A stretch of DNA of 64,000 nucleotides, taken from contig OZ251998.1 of the NCBI GenBank assembly GCA_965246985.1, positions 6,505,657 to 6,569,656 of the forward strand, written 5' to 3'. Under the pieces are notes generated by a model. The model searched no databases, was not told the origin of the DNA, and saw nothing but the letters and a program-made list of their open reading frames with translations. Position numbers and translations under genes: made by a program. Below, piece after piece: positions 29,004 through 37,923 of this stretch. Origin of the DNA: Candidatus Poribacteria bacterium. GTDB lineage: Bacteria > Poribacteria > WGA-4E > WGA-3G. Within the stretch, counting starts at the first letter, position 1; each line of letters begins with the position of its first letter.

Positions 29004-29872
29004 GCCAGCTTTCGTGCATAGCGGCGTAAGTGTTCTACGTAGGTCAGTAGCAGATATCTTATGCCACGCAATATAAGGACCATCAACGGTGGAAAAAGCA
29101 TAATCGCAGCAAGATGTGTATTAGAGCTGTATCCGCTTCGGTAGGCGGGGCTTATGAAATAGAGCCAGGGAACAAACATAAGCGTCCAGAGAACATACTC
29201 TATGAGACGATTTTCTGTGTCTGTGGTGCAAAACTTCCAAAGTTCTAAGGCAATTATAATGATGAGGAAGAAACCAAACCCTTCCCAACTCATTCCGCCA
29301 AGGAAAACAGTGGCACCGCAGAGCGCGGTTGTTATCCATCTCCGCCATCCCAGCTCCATACGCTCTTTCCAAAGGTAACTTATCACCGCAAGAATACCGA
29401 ACATCCAGCACCACGCGTCTCTGTCGCCGAAACCAACGGAACTACGCTCAATACTCCCCGGTAAAGTCGCAAGGAGTAGGATAATAGTAGCAGTGAAGTA
29501 GAATCCAAAGACACGGGCAAGAAATAGACAAAGCACACCGAGCCCGACAATGAAACAGATAGTAGGAAGATAAATTTGAATATGGTACAGTGTCAGTTCT
29601 GGAAAGATCCACCCGATGGACTTATGGATATAAGCAATACCATAAGCATAGAGATACAAACGTTGTCCATTTTCTCTACCTTCCGGCAACCAACGGCGCA
29701 TATCGCGTGCTGGAAGAACATTTTGCTCAGCGATCTCTTGTGCTTGTAGGGCGTAGAGATAGGCATCATTAGACGTAAACTGATTGTCAGGTAATCTTCC
29801 GACATCTTGAACGCGGATCCAGCAGGCAAGCAGCAGAATCGCACAGAGAAGAATTTTTTGATAGAACTTCAT
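29004..29872 (-). pseudogene. GT-C-fold membrane glycosyltransferase-like protein (ArnT/PMT/STT3-like), 3'-truncated by the inserted fragment
   Basis: N-terminal TM helix, then …TSNDAYLYALQ… (DxD-like) and many TM helices. The ORF-track ORF (28892-29872) reads out of frame into the duplicated oxidoreductase fragment, so the C-terminal half of the gene is missing. Confidence 0.4.
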
Positions 29873-29878
29873 AGTGTA

Positions 29879-31239
29879 TTACAAACGGAAGGCATATTGC
29901 CAACCGAGGGTGAGACTCCATACGTTTTTGAGTTGTGTCCCTGTAAGATTCTGATAAATAGGCAGAGTGAACTCAACTGCAATCCGCTGTCCTGCCAACG
30001 ATTTTCCTGCTGGCACCATCAGGTTGCTTGAAATAGCAACGTCAAGCCGAGTGCCGCCACGAAAATCAGGTCGATGGCTCGGACTCATGTTTGTATTTAA
30101 ATCGGGATGGCTACCGGTAATATGTCCACTGTGCGAAAATAGAAACCGTCCGCCGAGACTGAGCCAATCGCTGAGCTTTCGCGCGCCCCATGCAGTAGCG
30201 TTGACAGAATTCCCGTGTTGGTATTCACCGCTATTAGTATGCAGAGGAAACGTTCCGCGTAATTGACTACCATAAGACCAATTCCCGTAATACCCGAAAA
30301 GCGTTATGCCTGATCGTCCTTCAACGGAACCACTCCCAAGTTGCATCGGATAGGGTAAGATGTTTCCATCCAGCCCAGTCTGTTCAATAGAACCCGTCGG
30401 CAATGACATACCGATGTTTCCAATGAAATTGAGGTGGTCTGTTTTCCACAATGTGAGTAGAGACTCTAATTTGACATCGCCAAGTCCTGAACTTGTCATT
30501 TCGTGCGTGCCCACGGGATGCGCGTGATGACCTGTTGCGTGGTCGTGTGAACCTTCCATCTCCATGTAGCGTTGCTGATAGTTTCCTTGTTTTCGTCCAA
30601 GCATATGGGGATCCAGTTGATCAATGAAAGGCTATCAATCCCAGTCCATATCTGCTTTCAAGAGGGGTTAAAAGGTCTCAAATCACAACACCCTACCTTT
30701 GAAACCCTTATCATAACTGGGCATCAACTTTTTCAAGGCCTCTTTGGTGCCGGAAAAGCGATAAAAATCGTGGTTTTGGTTTCCTTTTTCTCTCAAAGGT
30801 GTGTAGAAGTTGTTTGCCACCTTTTGAGGTGTTGTTTTCTCAATGTGTGTGTAGGTTTGTGCGTGATTAGAGCAAGTATGGTTTCCTACACTTATTGGAC
30901 AAAAACAAGGTAGTTTGCCATTACCATGAGCGTGATTTTGTCGTGTGGTGCGAACATAACCCCGAAACTATGCATTTTCATGTCCATCTGTGTCGGCACC
31001 GTCATAAAATCTTTTAGCACGTCAGCAGTCTCAAGAGCTGTAGTGCCGGATTGTAGTCCCCGCATATCCATTGCCATGAATCTGTAGGATAGCATCCATT
31101 CGCGAGTTTTATGTGCATGTTCACCCATGACACCGATAGGCGCGTGACTATCGGGACGCGAACTTGGGGAATCTGCATAAGCAGCGTTGAGAGTCAGTAA
31201 AAGTAGCAAAACAGTTAAAACATTTATGTGTGATTTCAA
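29879..31239 (-). pseudogene. outer-membrane beta-barrel protein, split into two ORFs by about 290 bp of unreadable sequence
   Basis: The N-terminal piece (30892-31239) has a signal peptide plus …HAPIGVMGEHAHKTREWMLSYRFMAMDM…. The C-terminal piece (29879-30604) has alternating amphipathic beta-strands ending …WQYAFRL, an aromatic-x-aromatic C-terminus. The 30605-30891 gap has no continuous frame. Confidence 0.45.
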
Positions 31240-31302
31240 TCACTTCTCCTTATGAATGGTTATCGGTTATGAGAAAAAATGCTTCACCGATAACTATTTG
31301 TG

Positions 31303-32570
31303 TTATGTATCCGTTCGGAGGGCATCGATAGGGGCCATCTGCGATGCTCGGATAGCAGGATAGACACCAAAAATGATACCCATGAAGATTGAAAAGAGGA
31401 CAGAAATCACCATCCATCGCACAGACAGCACCACCGGCCACACCTCTACAATGGGTAGGATACGGACAGCAACGCGTGCCATACCGTGGGCGAAGAGCCA
31501 GCCACCAGCGATACCGAGCAGTGAACCACAAAAACAGAGGCTCATAGATTCGGTTAGAATTGATAGAAGATATCGATGCATCTTGCGCCGACGGCTTTTC
31601 GCAAACCGATCTCGCGCGTCTTCTCACCGACGGAGACAAGGCAGATATTCATAATCCCGATGCCACTGACAAGCAACGAGAAACCCGCAATGCCACCCAA
31701 GGCAATCTTTATCATTTTTTCAATGCGTTCAAGTTGTTTGACAGTTCGTTTGGGAATCCAATCATATACAAAGTTATCGGTACCCCGGTGTCTTTTACTA
31801 ATCACCTTCCGGGCGGATTTTACCACATCGGAAGCGTCTACGTCTTTTTGAAAAAAGATAATAAGCCTTTCAACATAGCGGATGCCCGTAATACGTTGTT
31901 GATACGTTGTTATCGGAACGCATATCATATCATCTAAACTCCCCCAGGTAATACTGAGGTTCCTCCCTTTCGGTGCCATGGTACCGACAACGCGCATCCG
32001 AACGGGTGTTTGCCGCCAATGATTCCGAAGTTTTATCTCTTGACCGATGGGGGAGACATTTCCGAACAACTCTTCAACTACGTTTGCACCCAAGACGCAG
32101 ACCTGTGTGGCGTTGTCTATATCGTTCTCGGAGAGAAATCTACCCGCTTGCAACTCGTACCGCAAGAGTTCGGCATAGTCTGCTGTTACGCCTTCCAGAT
32201 CAGCACCTCTGAATTGCCCGCCCAGGGGGCTGGTGACAAATGTATTATTTCTCCGATTCCGAGGTAGGACCCCTGTGACCTCCGGGCATTCTGCCTCAAT
32301 CGCAGGAGCGTCCTCCAAAGTATATCGCTCCGTTGTTGGATATCGTCGGCCGCGTCTCCAGCCAGATGTGTGTGTCCAGAATTGGATTTGATTTGCCCCC
32401 CCGATTTTTTCGATGTCATCGGCGATGATCTGTTTCGCGCCATCCCCGATGGCCATCATACAAAGGACACTTGCAATGCCAATGAAGATGCCGAGGATGG
32501 ATAATCCGGCACGGCTTTTATTTTCTTGGATATGCTTGATACCTGCAGCAATTGCCTCATGGAATTTCAT
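31303..32570 (-). pseudogene. FtsX/MacB-type ABC permease, cassette copy 3, split by a 1-nt deletion (frameshift)
   Basis: ORFs 31554-32570 and 31303-31581 overlap by 28 nt in different frames. Alignment to copy 2 shows caatttttgacagaatctat in copy 2 against caattctaaccgaatctat here, one base shorter. Confidence 0.65.
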
Positions 32571-32595
32571 GCGGCTCCACCCAATCTATGTTGGA

Positions 32596-34590
32596 TTAAG
32601 AACCCATCACGGATTTCAGGTCCCAGAGGAGGATGGTGCTGTCAAAACTCCCACTCGCTAAGAGGGTGCCGTCGGGTGAAAACGCGAGATCTTGGACATC
32701 GGTCGGGTGTCCCCAGAAGGTGGCGATGTTTTCGCCGGTGGCAACTTCCCACAAGCGAATAGGCACCTTTTCTGTTTCCACGGCCCTATTCCACCACGCG
32801 CCAGAAGCAAGATATTGCCCACAAGGTGAAAACGCCAAGGCACGCGGATTTCCATTGGTAGGTGCATGAGGAAGAGTCAAAAGAGTTCGACAATTATTGA
32901 CATCCCACAATCGGATTTCCGTTGCCATGCCACAAGCGATCTTATGACCGCAAGGTGAAAACGCGACAGTATAGACACGGTTGACACGGAACTCCGGATT
33001 TTCTTTCCCCGTATCGATGTCCCATAGATTTGCCATCGTGCCAGAAGAACTCGGAACACTTACAAGGTGTTTACCGTCGTGGCTGAATATAAGGCGGCTG
33101 ATACGATTATGATCATCATCCCAATTCCCTTCTAAGGGGAGAGTGTGTGTGAGCACACAGCGCACGTCACCACTTCTCATATCCCATACATACAGATGCC
33201 CTTTGCTATCCCCGCACGCGATGAGATGTCGTAGCGGGGCGTGTGCTGCGGCAGTCACCACTGCCTCTGGGTCGGGAAGTGTAAATGTCATAGGTGTCGT
33301 GTTTTCGTCGGCTTCCCCTATTTTAACGGTTATTTTAACAGTATTTTCATCATACGCAAATGCTGTCGAGTGAATTTTCTCTGAAGTGGACACAGAAACG
33401 GCTCGTGGGTCACCGGATATTTTGAAAAAAGTGGGCGGTTGCATGGGGTTGGCAATATCCCATAATAGCGTGCTTCCATACCTTACAAACCCGGCTGCCA
33501 CCTTTTTGCCATCTTGTGAGAACGCTACGGAATTCGGAAAACCGACATGTAAATGCGGCACCTTGCGGGGTTTGGTATCCCCGGGTGACCAGACTGCCCA
33601 TTCCTTTCCCCCAGCAACGACAAAATGCGAACTGCTTGAAAAAAGTGCTTTATCAATCTCCCATTCCTTTTCAACGTACGTGTAGCGTTTTTCATGACGT
33701 TCCACGTCCCACACGACGACAGTGTTTCTTTCCAGAGCATTTTCCAGAGTCTGAAGAACGCCTTCCTGTGAATAGCAGACGCTCATGCGAGAGGTGCCAT
33801 CATAGTTCTGATATACTCGCTGCTGTTCCCAAGTATTCACATTCCATACGTGCACTGTGCCTTTATCGCTGCCGATGGCCAGAGTTTGTCCACAAGGTGA
33901 AAAGCAGAGGCTGCGCACAAAGCTCGGTTGTTCGGTAAGACAGGCGATGCGCTCACCGGTTACGACATCCCACACCAAAACAACATCGGGGCCATCCGTT
34001 GTCCCGGCGGGAGCCGTACACGCCAGCAGGCGACTGTCTGGCGAAAAAGCAACGGGTCGAGGGAGGGAGGGGTAAGAACTGCGTGTTTCTCTTTGGGGGT
34101 CATGGAACGTAGCCAGCGGTGTGCCGGTTCTGGGGTCCCAGGTGTAGACAATCTCACAACGGCTACCTGTTGCGGCCAGGTGCTGGTTATCAGGTGAAAA
34201 GGCAAGAGACTTAATTGCAGTCGTCCTAGGGACTGGCTTTTTTAACCCTGGCCGCACAATTTTTGTAATGCAGGTGCTCCGCTGGATATCCCACACTTTG
34301 ATAACACCATCCCAGTTGCCGGTCGCAGCCAATCGCCCATCAAGAGAAATAGTAATGGCACCCAGCATTCCTCGTTCTGTTTCCCATAGAGCAACAGGTT
34401 GCATTGTCGCGAGTTCATACCACCAGAGCCCAATTTTGGTTGCGGCTGCGAGGTATGCTCCATCCGGCGATACTGCCATCGCCATCACAGTTCCACGCCC
34501 GAACCGAGAAATCGCACCATCCGGTAAAGCCCAGCTCATTGGATGACCTTTATCAGCGACAATGGGCGTGGACCCTGTTTTTTCTGACAT
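32596..34590 (-). CDS. cytoplasmic WD40 beta-propeller protein, cassette copy 2 (664 aa)
   Basis: AGGAGG sits 8 nt upstream of the ATG. N-terminal W-x-LPDGA-x-SRFGRG module, WD repeats, and a C-terminal …ASGSFDSTILLWDLKSVMGS. Confidence 0.8.
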   Translation of the reverse strand: MSEKTGSTPIVADKGHPMSWALPDGAISRFGRGTVMAMAVSPDGAYLAAATKIGLWWYELATMQPVALWETERGMLGAITISLDGRLAATGNWDGVIKVWDIQRSTCITKIVRPGLKKPVPRTTAIKSLAFSPDNQHLAATGSRCEIVYTWDPRTGTPLATFHDPQRETRSSYPSLPRPVAFSPDSRLLACTAPAGTTDGPDVVLVWDVVTGERIACLTEQPSFVRSLCFSPCGQTLAIGSDKGTVHVWNVNTWEQQRVYQNYDGTSRMSVCYSQEGVLQTLENALERNTVVVWDVERHEKRYTYVEKEWEIDKALFSSSSHFVVAGGKEWAVWSPGDTKPRKVPHLHVGFPNSVAFSQDGKKVAAGFVRYGSTLLWDIANPMQPPTFFKISGDPRAVSVSTSEKIHSTAFAYDENTVKITVKIGEADENTTPMTFTLPDPEAVVTAAAHAPLRHLIACGDSKGHLYVWDMRSGDVRCVLTHTLPLEGNWDDDHNRISRLIFSHDGKHLVSVPSSSGTMANLWDIDTGKENPEFRVNRVYTVAFSPCGHKIACGMATEIRLWDVNNCRTLLTLPHAPTNGNPRALAFSPCGQYLASGAWWNRAVETEKVPIRLWEVATGENIATFWGHPTDVQDLAFSPDGTLLASGSFDSTILLWDLKSVMGS

Positions 34591-34768
34591 TTCTTATGTT
34601 CCTCCTAAAAACTATCCGTTCTAATACCATTAGGGTTTCCCGCTACGTTCTGAATCCTAAAATGGTGTATATCATCACGTAGCCGAAAACCCTCATATTT
34701 TAGTATGACCTACGACAGACATGCACATCTGCAAGGGAGAATGAGGCTCCGGAGATCCATGCTGTTTT

Positions 34769-35227
34769 TCAGCAGTTCGAAGTACAAACGCTGCTGCTGG
34801 TATCATTTGGACACCGTTCCCCATCACATTCACACTCATTTTTGCTAGGAGAACAACTACTCCCCCCACAAACAGTATTCTCAGCACCTGAGCACGTGCC
34901 ATTATCACAGCTGGAACCACAAGATGTCCCAGCCTCAGAGAGACAAGTACATGCACTGTTGCTGCTTGAGGGGATAACTTTACCTTCGCCGCCGCAGCAT
35001 CCACCGGTGACTTCGGCATCCATTGGGATGTCACTGCCGAAATCCCCGCCGTTGTTCGCTGCAAAGGAAGTCAATGCTGCCCCGCCACCACCACAGCATC
35101 CTTTCGCTTCTTCAGCCTCTGAGGCATCCCAACTGCCTGTCAGCAAGAAAATACAGCCACCTACAAACAGCAAGGTGATCATTAAGTTACCGATAGTGTT
35201 CCGGTGGGTTTTCAACATTTTACTCAT
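34769..35227 (-). CDS. small Cys/Gly-rich secreted or membrane-anchored protein, cassette copy 2
   Basis: MSKMLKTHRNTIGNLMITLLFVGGCIFLLTGSWDAS is a signal/anchor segment. It is followed by the conserved GCCGGGGA…TGGCCGG motif pair and then a tail with about 20 Cys that differs from its paralogs. Confidence 0.6.
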   Translation of the reverse strand: MSKMLKTHRNTIGNLMITLLFVGGCIFLLTGSWDASEAEEAKGCCGGGGAALTSFAANNGGDFGSDIPMDAEVTGGCCGGEGKVIPSSSNSACTCLSEAGTSCGSSCDNGTCSGAENTVCGGSSCSPSKNECECDGERCPNDTSSSVCTSNC

Positions 35228-35419
35228 TAGACATTATAATGGTTTAATTGTGTACTTTTGTTCATCTATTTTTTCGCTATCCTACAAACACATTTTTCCT
35301 TAAAATGGCAAAAATGTGGGCAAACTCGTAAACGGCAATCGTTAAAAGACGACAACGTGAAATATACATCTACTAAAAGTTAATTTGATCAACAAGTTCT
35401 TAAATCGTTATAATGTCTA
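35228..35419. mobile_element. MITE (TAGACATTATAA inverted-repeat family) inserted between the RBS and ATG of the copy-2 Cys-rich gene
   Basis: Ends are tagacattataatggtttaattgtgtacttttgttcatc… and …caacaagttcttaaatcgttataatgtcta. The copy-3 paralog has GGGAAAGGAAAGaaaaATG contiguous. Here 192 bp separate GGGAAAGGAAAG from the ATG. Confidence 0.55.
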
Positions 35420-35479
35420 TTATTCTTTCCTTTCCCATATAGGGGTTGTAAAATACAAAAAGTTATACAAAGTTTTAAC

Positions 35480-35679
35480 TCAAAAACATAAAACACTTTA
35501 CCTTGTCACAACGCCTATTGCAAGGAGACAAGGCGCAAATGCATCGAAAGAACTCCCGATGCAACAAAACGATAACAAGAGACACCACAACCCCAACAAC
35601 GAGCAGAAACAAAACCGGTAGCCATTCTTTGAGTCGTTTAGATTTCTGTGAGTCGTTTAGATTTCTGTGAAATTATCAT
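35480..35679 (-). pseudogene. small single-pass membrane ORF in the cassette leader (copy 2), disrupted by a 19-bp tandem duplication
   Basis: GGAGGcgttATG begins MIISQKSKRL…. The repeat gagtcgtttagatttctgt occurs twice in tandem at 35631-35649 and 35650-35668, which brings in a stop after 13 codons. With one copy removed, the frame reads MIISQKSKRLKEWLPVLFLLVVGVVVSLVIVLL…, matching 40835-41017. Confidence 0.4.
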
Positions 35680-36134
35680 AACGCCTCCAATTTATGACGC
35701 TAAGAGGAGGGAGGTATTAGGATACACCATTCGCCTGTTATTGTCAAACAAAAAAGTCGCACGCCGCGGTAGCCGACACTGCGGCACCGGGCACTGCAAC
35801 ACCAAAAGCCCGCGATGCGCGTCTCCATGCAAGACGAAGGCGGCGCGCGGGCGCGAAGAAGATACAACCGTTAGAACGATTACATCTACTTTGTAAAGTA
35901 AATGAAGTAAAATACTTAATGTAAGTAAAGCGCGCGGGGTAAACTTCGTTATGTGAACCGAGTGCACAAGCGATGCTGACAGACATAGGGTACGCTCAGG
36001 CAAACTGTGCCTAAGACAAGCACTATGTAGCGTTGTTGTCCCAATGTGTCGGTTCTTCATCCTCAAGTTTCCTATGTGAAATGCAAGTGTGAAAATAGCG
36101 GTGGCATCATTTTTCGGTTCCACCACCCTACCTA

Positions 36135-36163
36135 TTTGTTGATAATTATATCACAGATCGCGA
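36135..36163 (-). promoter_or_regulatory. consensus sigma-70-type promoter (TTGACA-17-TATAAT)
   Basis: The minus strand reads TTGACAttgttcgcgatctgtgaTATAAT. It points toward cassette copy 2. Confidence 0.45.
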
Positions 36164-36216
36164 ACAATGTCAAATTTTTTCCTAAAAAGTTACAAAATCC
36201 TTAGAAAAACACACCA

Positions 36217-36245
36217 TTTTCACTCAATTATACACGCGGAGCCAA
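36217..36245 (-). promoter_or_regulatory. second consensus sigma-70-type promoter (TTGACA-17-TATAAT), 82 nt upstream of the first
   Basis: The minus strand reads TTGACAaaaattggctccgcgtgTATAAT. It sits in the block that is repeated at 28466-28525. Confidence 0.45.
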
Positions 36246-36529
36246 TTTTTGTCAATTTTTTTAAGAAAAATCAAAAAATTGTTTTCTTCGGAAACTTTAC
36301 ATCATTTCTAATATCATCTATCATCGGTTTATCATCGGTTTCGCCGAGGTACGGGAGTTGGGTGAACAATGTTTGGTGTAGGGGTCGGGGCCCCCCAACC
36401 CCATAGGTGTAAATTTAAGAAAAAAGTTATGCGCTAAGGCCCTCCGGACCGGTAGGTGCGGTTTTGCGGCGTACCATAGGTGTAAATTTAAGGGAAAGTC
36501 TGTGTATTTTTAGTGATTAAAAAAGTGTT

Positions 36530-36605
36530 GCGAAATAGAAACACCTCTTGCCTAATGTAGAAAAAGGATTCAAGTGATTCTACAAAAGAGGTGTTTCCAA
36601 TGTCC
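36530..36605 (-). terminator. rho-independent terminator-like hairpin downstream of permease copy 2 (end of cassette 3)
   Basis: A 13-bp perfect stem, ggaaacacctctt…aagaggtgtttcc, is followed on the minus strand by cacuuuuuuaa. Confidence 0.45.
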
Positions 36606-36659
36606 ATTTTACAACAAGTCAGTGATAAAATGCAAACGATTCTTAGGCCTCTTTTTGTG

Positions 36660-37922
36660 TTATGTATCCGTTCGGAGGGCATCAATCGGAGACATCCGCG
36701 ATGCTCGGATAGCAGGATAGACACCAAAAATGATACCCATGAAGATTGAAAAGAGGACAGAAATCACCATCCATCGCATAGATAGTACCACCGGCCACAC
36801 ATCCACAATCGGCAAGATGCGGACAGCAACGTGTGCCATGCCGTGGGCGAAGAGCCAGCCCCCGGCAATACCGAGAAGGGTACCACAGAGACAGAGGCAG
36901 ATAGATTCTGTCAAAAATTGATAGAAAATGTCGATTCGCTTTGCACCGACAGATTTACGTAGACCTATTTCTCGCGTCTTTTCACCAGCGGAAATGAGAC
37001 ACATATTCATAATACTGATGCCGCTCACAAAGAGCGAGAACCCAGCGATGCCACCCAGTGCGATTTTTATCACTTCTTCAATGCGTTCCAGCATCCTGAT
37101 TTTGCCTGTAGGTCTCCAGTAACCAATAAAATCCGTGACACCTCTGTGTCTTTTGCGGAGTACCTCCTTGACGGAGTTAATGACAGTATAGACATCTGTA
37201 CCTTTTTGAAAAAAGACGATGAGTCTTTCAACATAGCGTTCTGAAGATATACGCTGTTGACGTGTTGTCAATGGAACAAAAATGATGTCATCCATTGACA
37301 TGCCACGGCTGAGGCTTTCGCCTCTGGGCACCATGATACCAACCACGCGGCACCTAACCCACCTTCTGCGCCTGAGGCGGATTTTCACCTCTTGTCCAAG
37401 TGGCGGGGTATTCCTGAATAACTCTGTAGCGGCGTTGACACCAAGGACACAAACCTGCTTTGCGTTGTCAACATCGTCTTCAGAAAGGAATCGCCCGTGT
37501 TGTACGCCCCATCCCATAATGTGGGCGTAGTCTGCTGTCACACCTTCAATAGTCGAACGTATTTGGACACCTTGGTCAGATGTAACCCATCTCGGATACT
37601 TTCGATTTTGTGGCAAGACATAGAGCACATCGGGACATTCTGCTTCAATGGCACGTGCATCAGCGAGAGCGTATCGCTCGATTGTCCGCTTCTTCGGCTT
37701 TCCCCGTGGATACGTATAAGGGCGGACCCAGAATCGCACGTGGTTGGGGCCGCCAAGTTTTTCTATGTCGTCGGCTATAATTTTTTGGGTGCCGTCGCCG
37801 ATGGCTATCATGCAAAGAACACTCGCGACCCCAATAAGGATACCGAGGATGGATAATCCAGAGCGGAGGCGGTTTTGCTGAAGGTGCGCAATGCCAGAGG
37901 TTATCGCATCATAGAACTTCAT
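36660..37922 (-). CDS. FtsX/MacB-type ABC transporter permease, cassette copy 3, the only intact copy (420 aa)
   Basis: N-terminal TM1 (…RSGLSILGILIGVASVL…), a periplasmic MacB-like domain of about 200 aa, and C-terminal three-TM FtsX domain ending …GIIFGVYPAIRASRMSPIDALRTDT. No ATPase gene nearby. Confidence 0.85.
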   Translation of the reverse strand: MKFYDAITSGIAHLQQNRLRSGLSILGILIGVASVLCMIAIGDGTQKIIADDIEKLGGPNHVRFWVRPYTYPRGKPKKRTIERYALADARAIEAECPDVLYVLPQNRKYPRWVTSDQGVQIRSTIEGVTADYAHIMGWGVQHGRFLSEDDVDNAKQVCVLGVNAATELFRNTPPLGQEVKIRLRRRRWVRCRVVGIMVPRGESLSRGMSMDDIIFVPLTTRQQRISSERYVERLIVFFQKGTDVYTVINSVKEVLRKRHRGVTDFIGYWRPTGKIRMLERIEEVIKIALGGIAGFSLFVSGISIMNMCLISAGEKTREIGLRKSVGAKRIDIFYQFLTESICLCLCGTLLGIAGGWLFAHGMAHVAVRILPIVDVWPVVLSMRWMVISVLFSIFMGIIFGVYPAIRASRMSPIDALRTDT

Positions 37923-37923
37923 G

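Noticed and set aside
35700-36100. Possible sigma-54 promoter (GGCACagtTTGC) in the cassette-2 leader
   Set aside because: The spacing between the GG and GC elements is 8 nt, not the required 10. It is rejected, unlike the 41386-41401 site.
35692-36126. ORFs 35692..36126 (-), 35744..35986 (-) and 35648..35896 (+) in the cassette-2 leader region
   Set aside because: They overlap one another in different frames across a GC-skewed, low-complexity segment (gcgcgcgggcgcg…). They are not conserved in the paralogous leader of cassette 3, so the region is probably non-coding.
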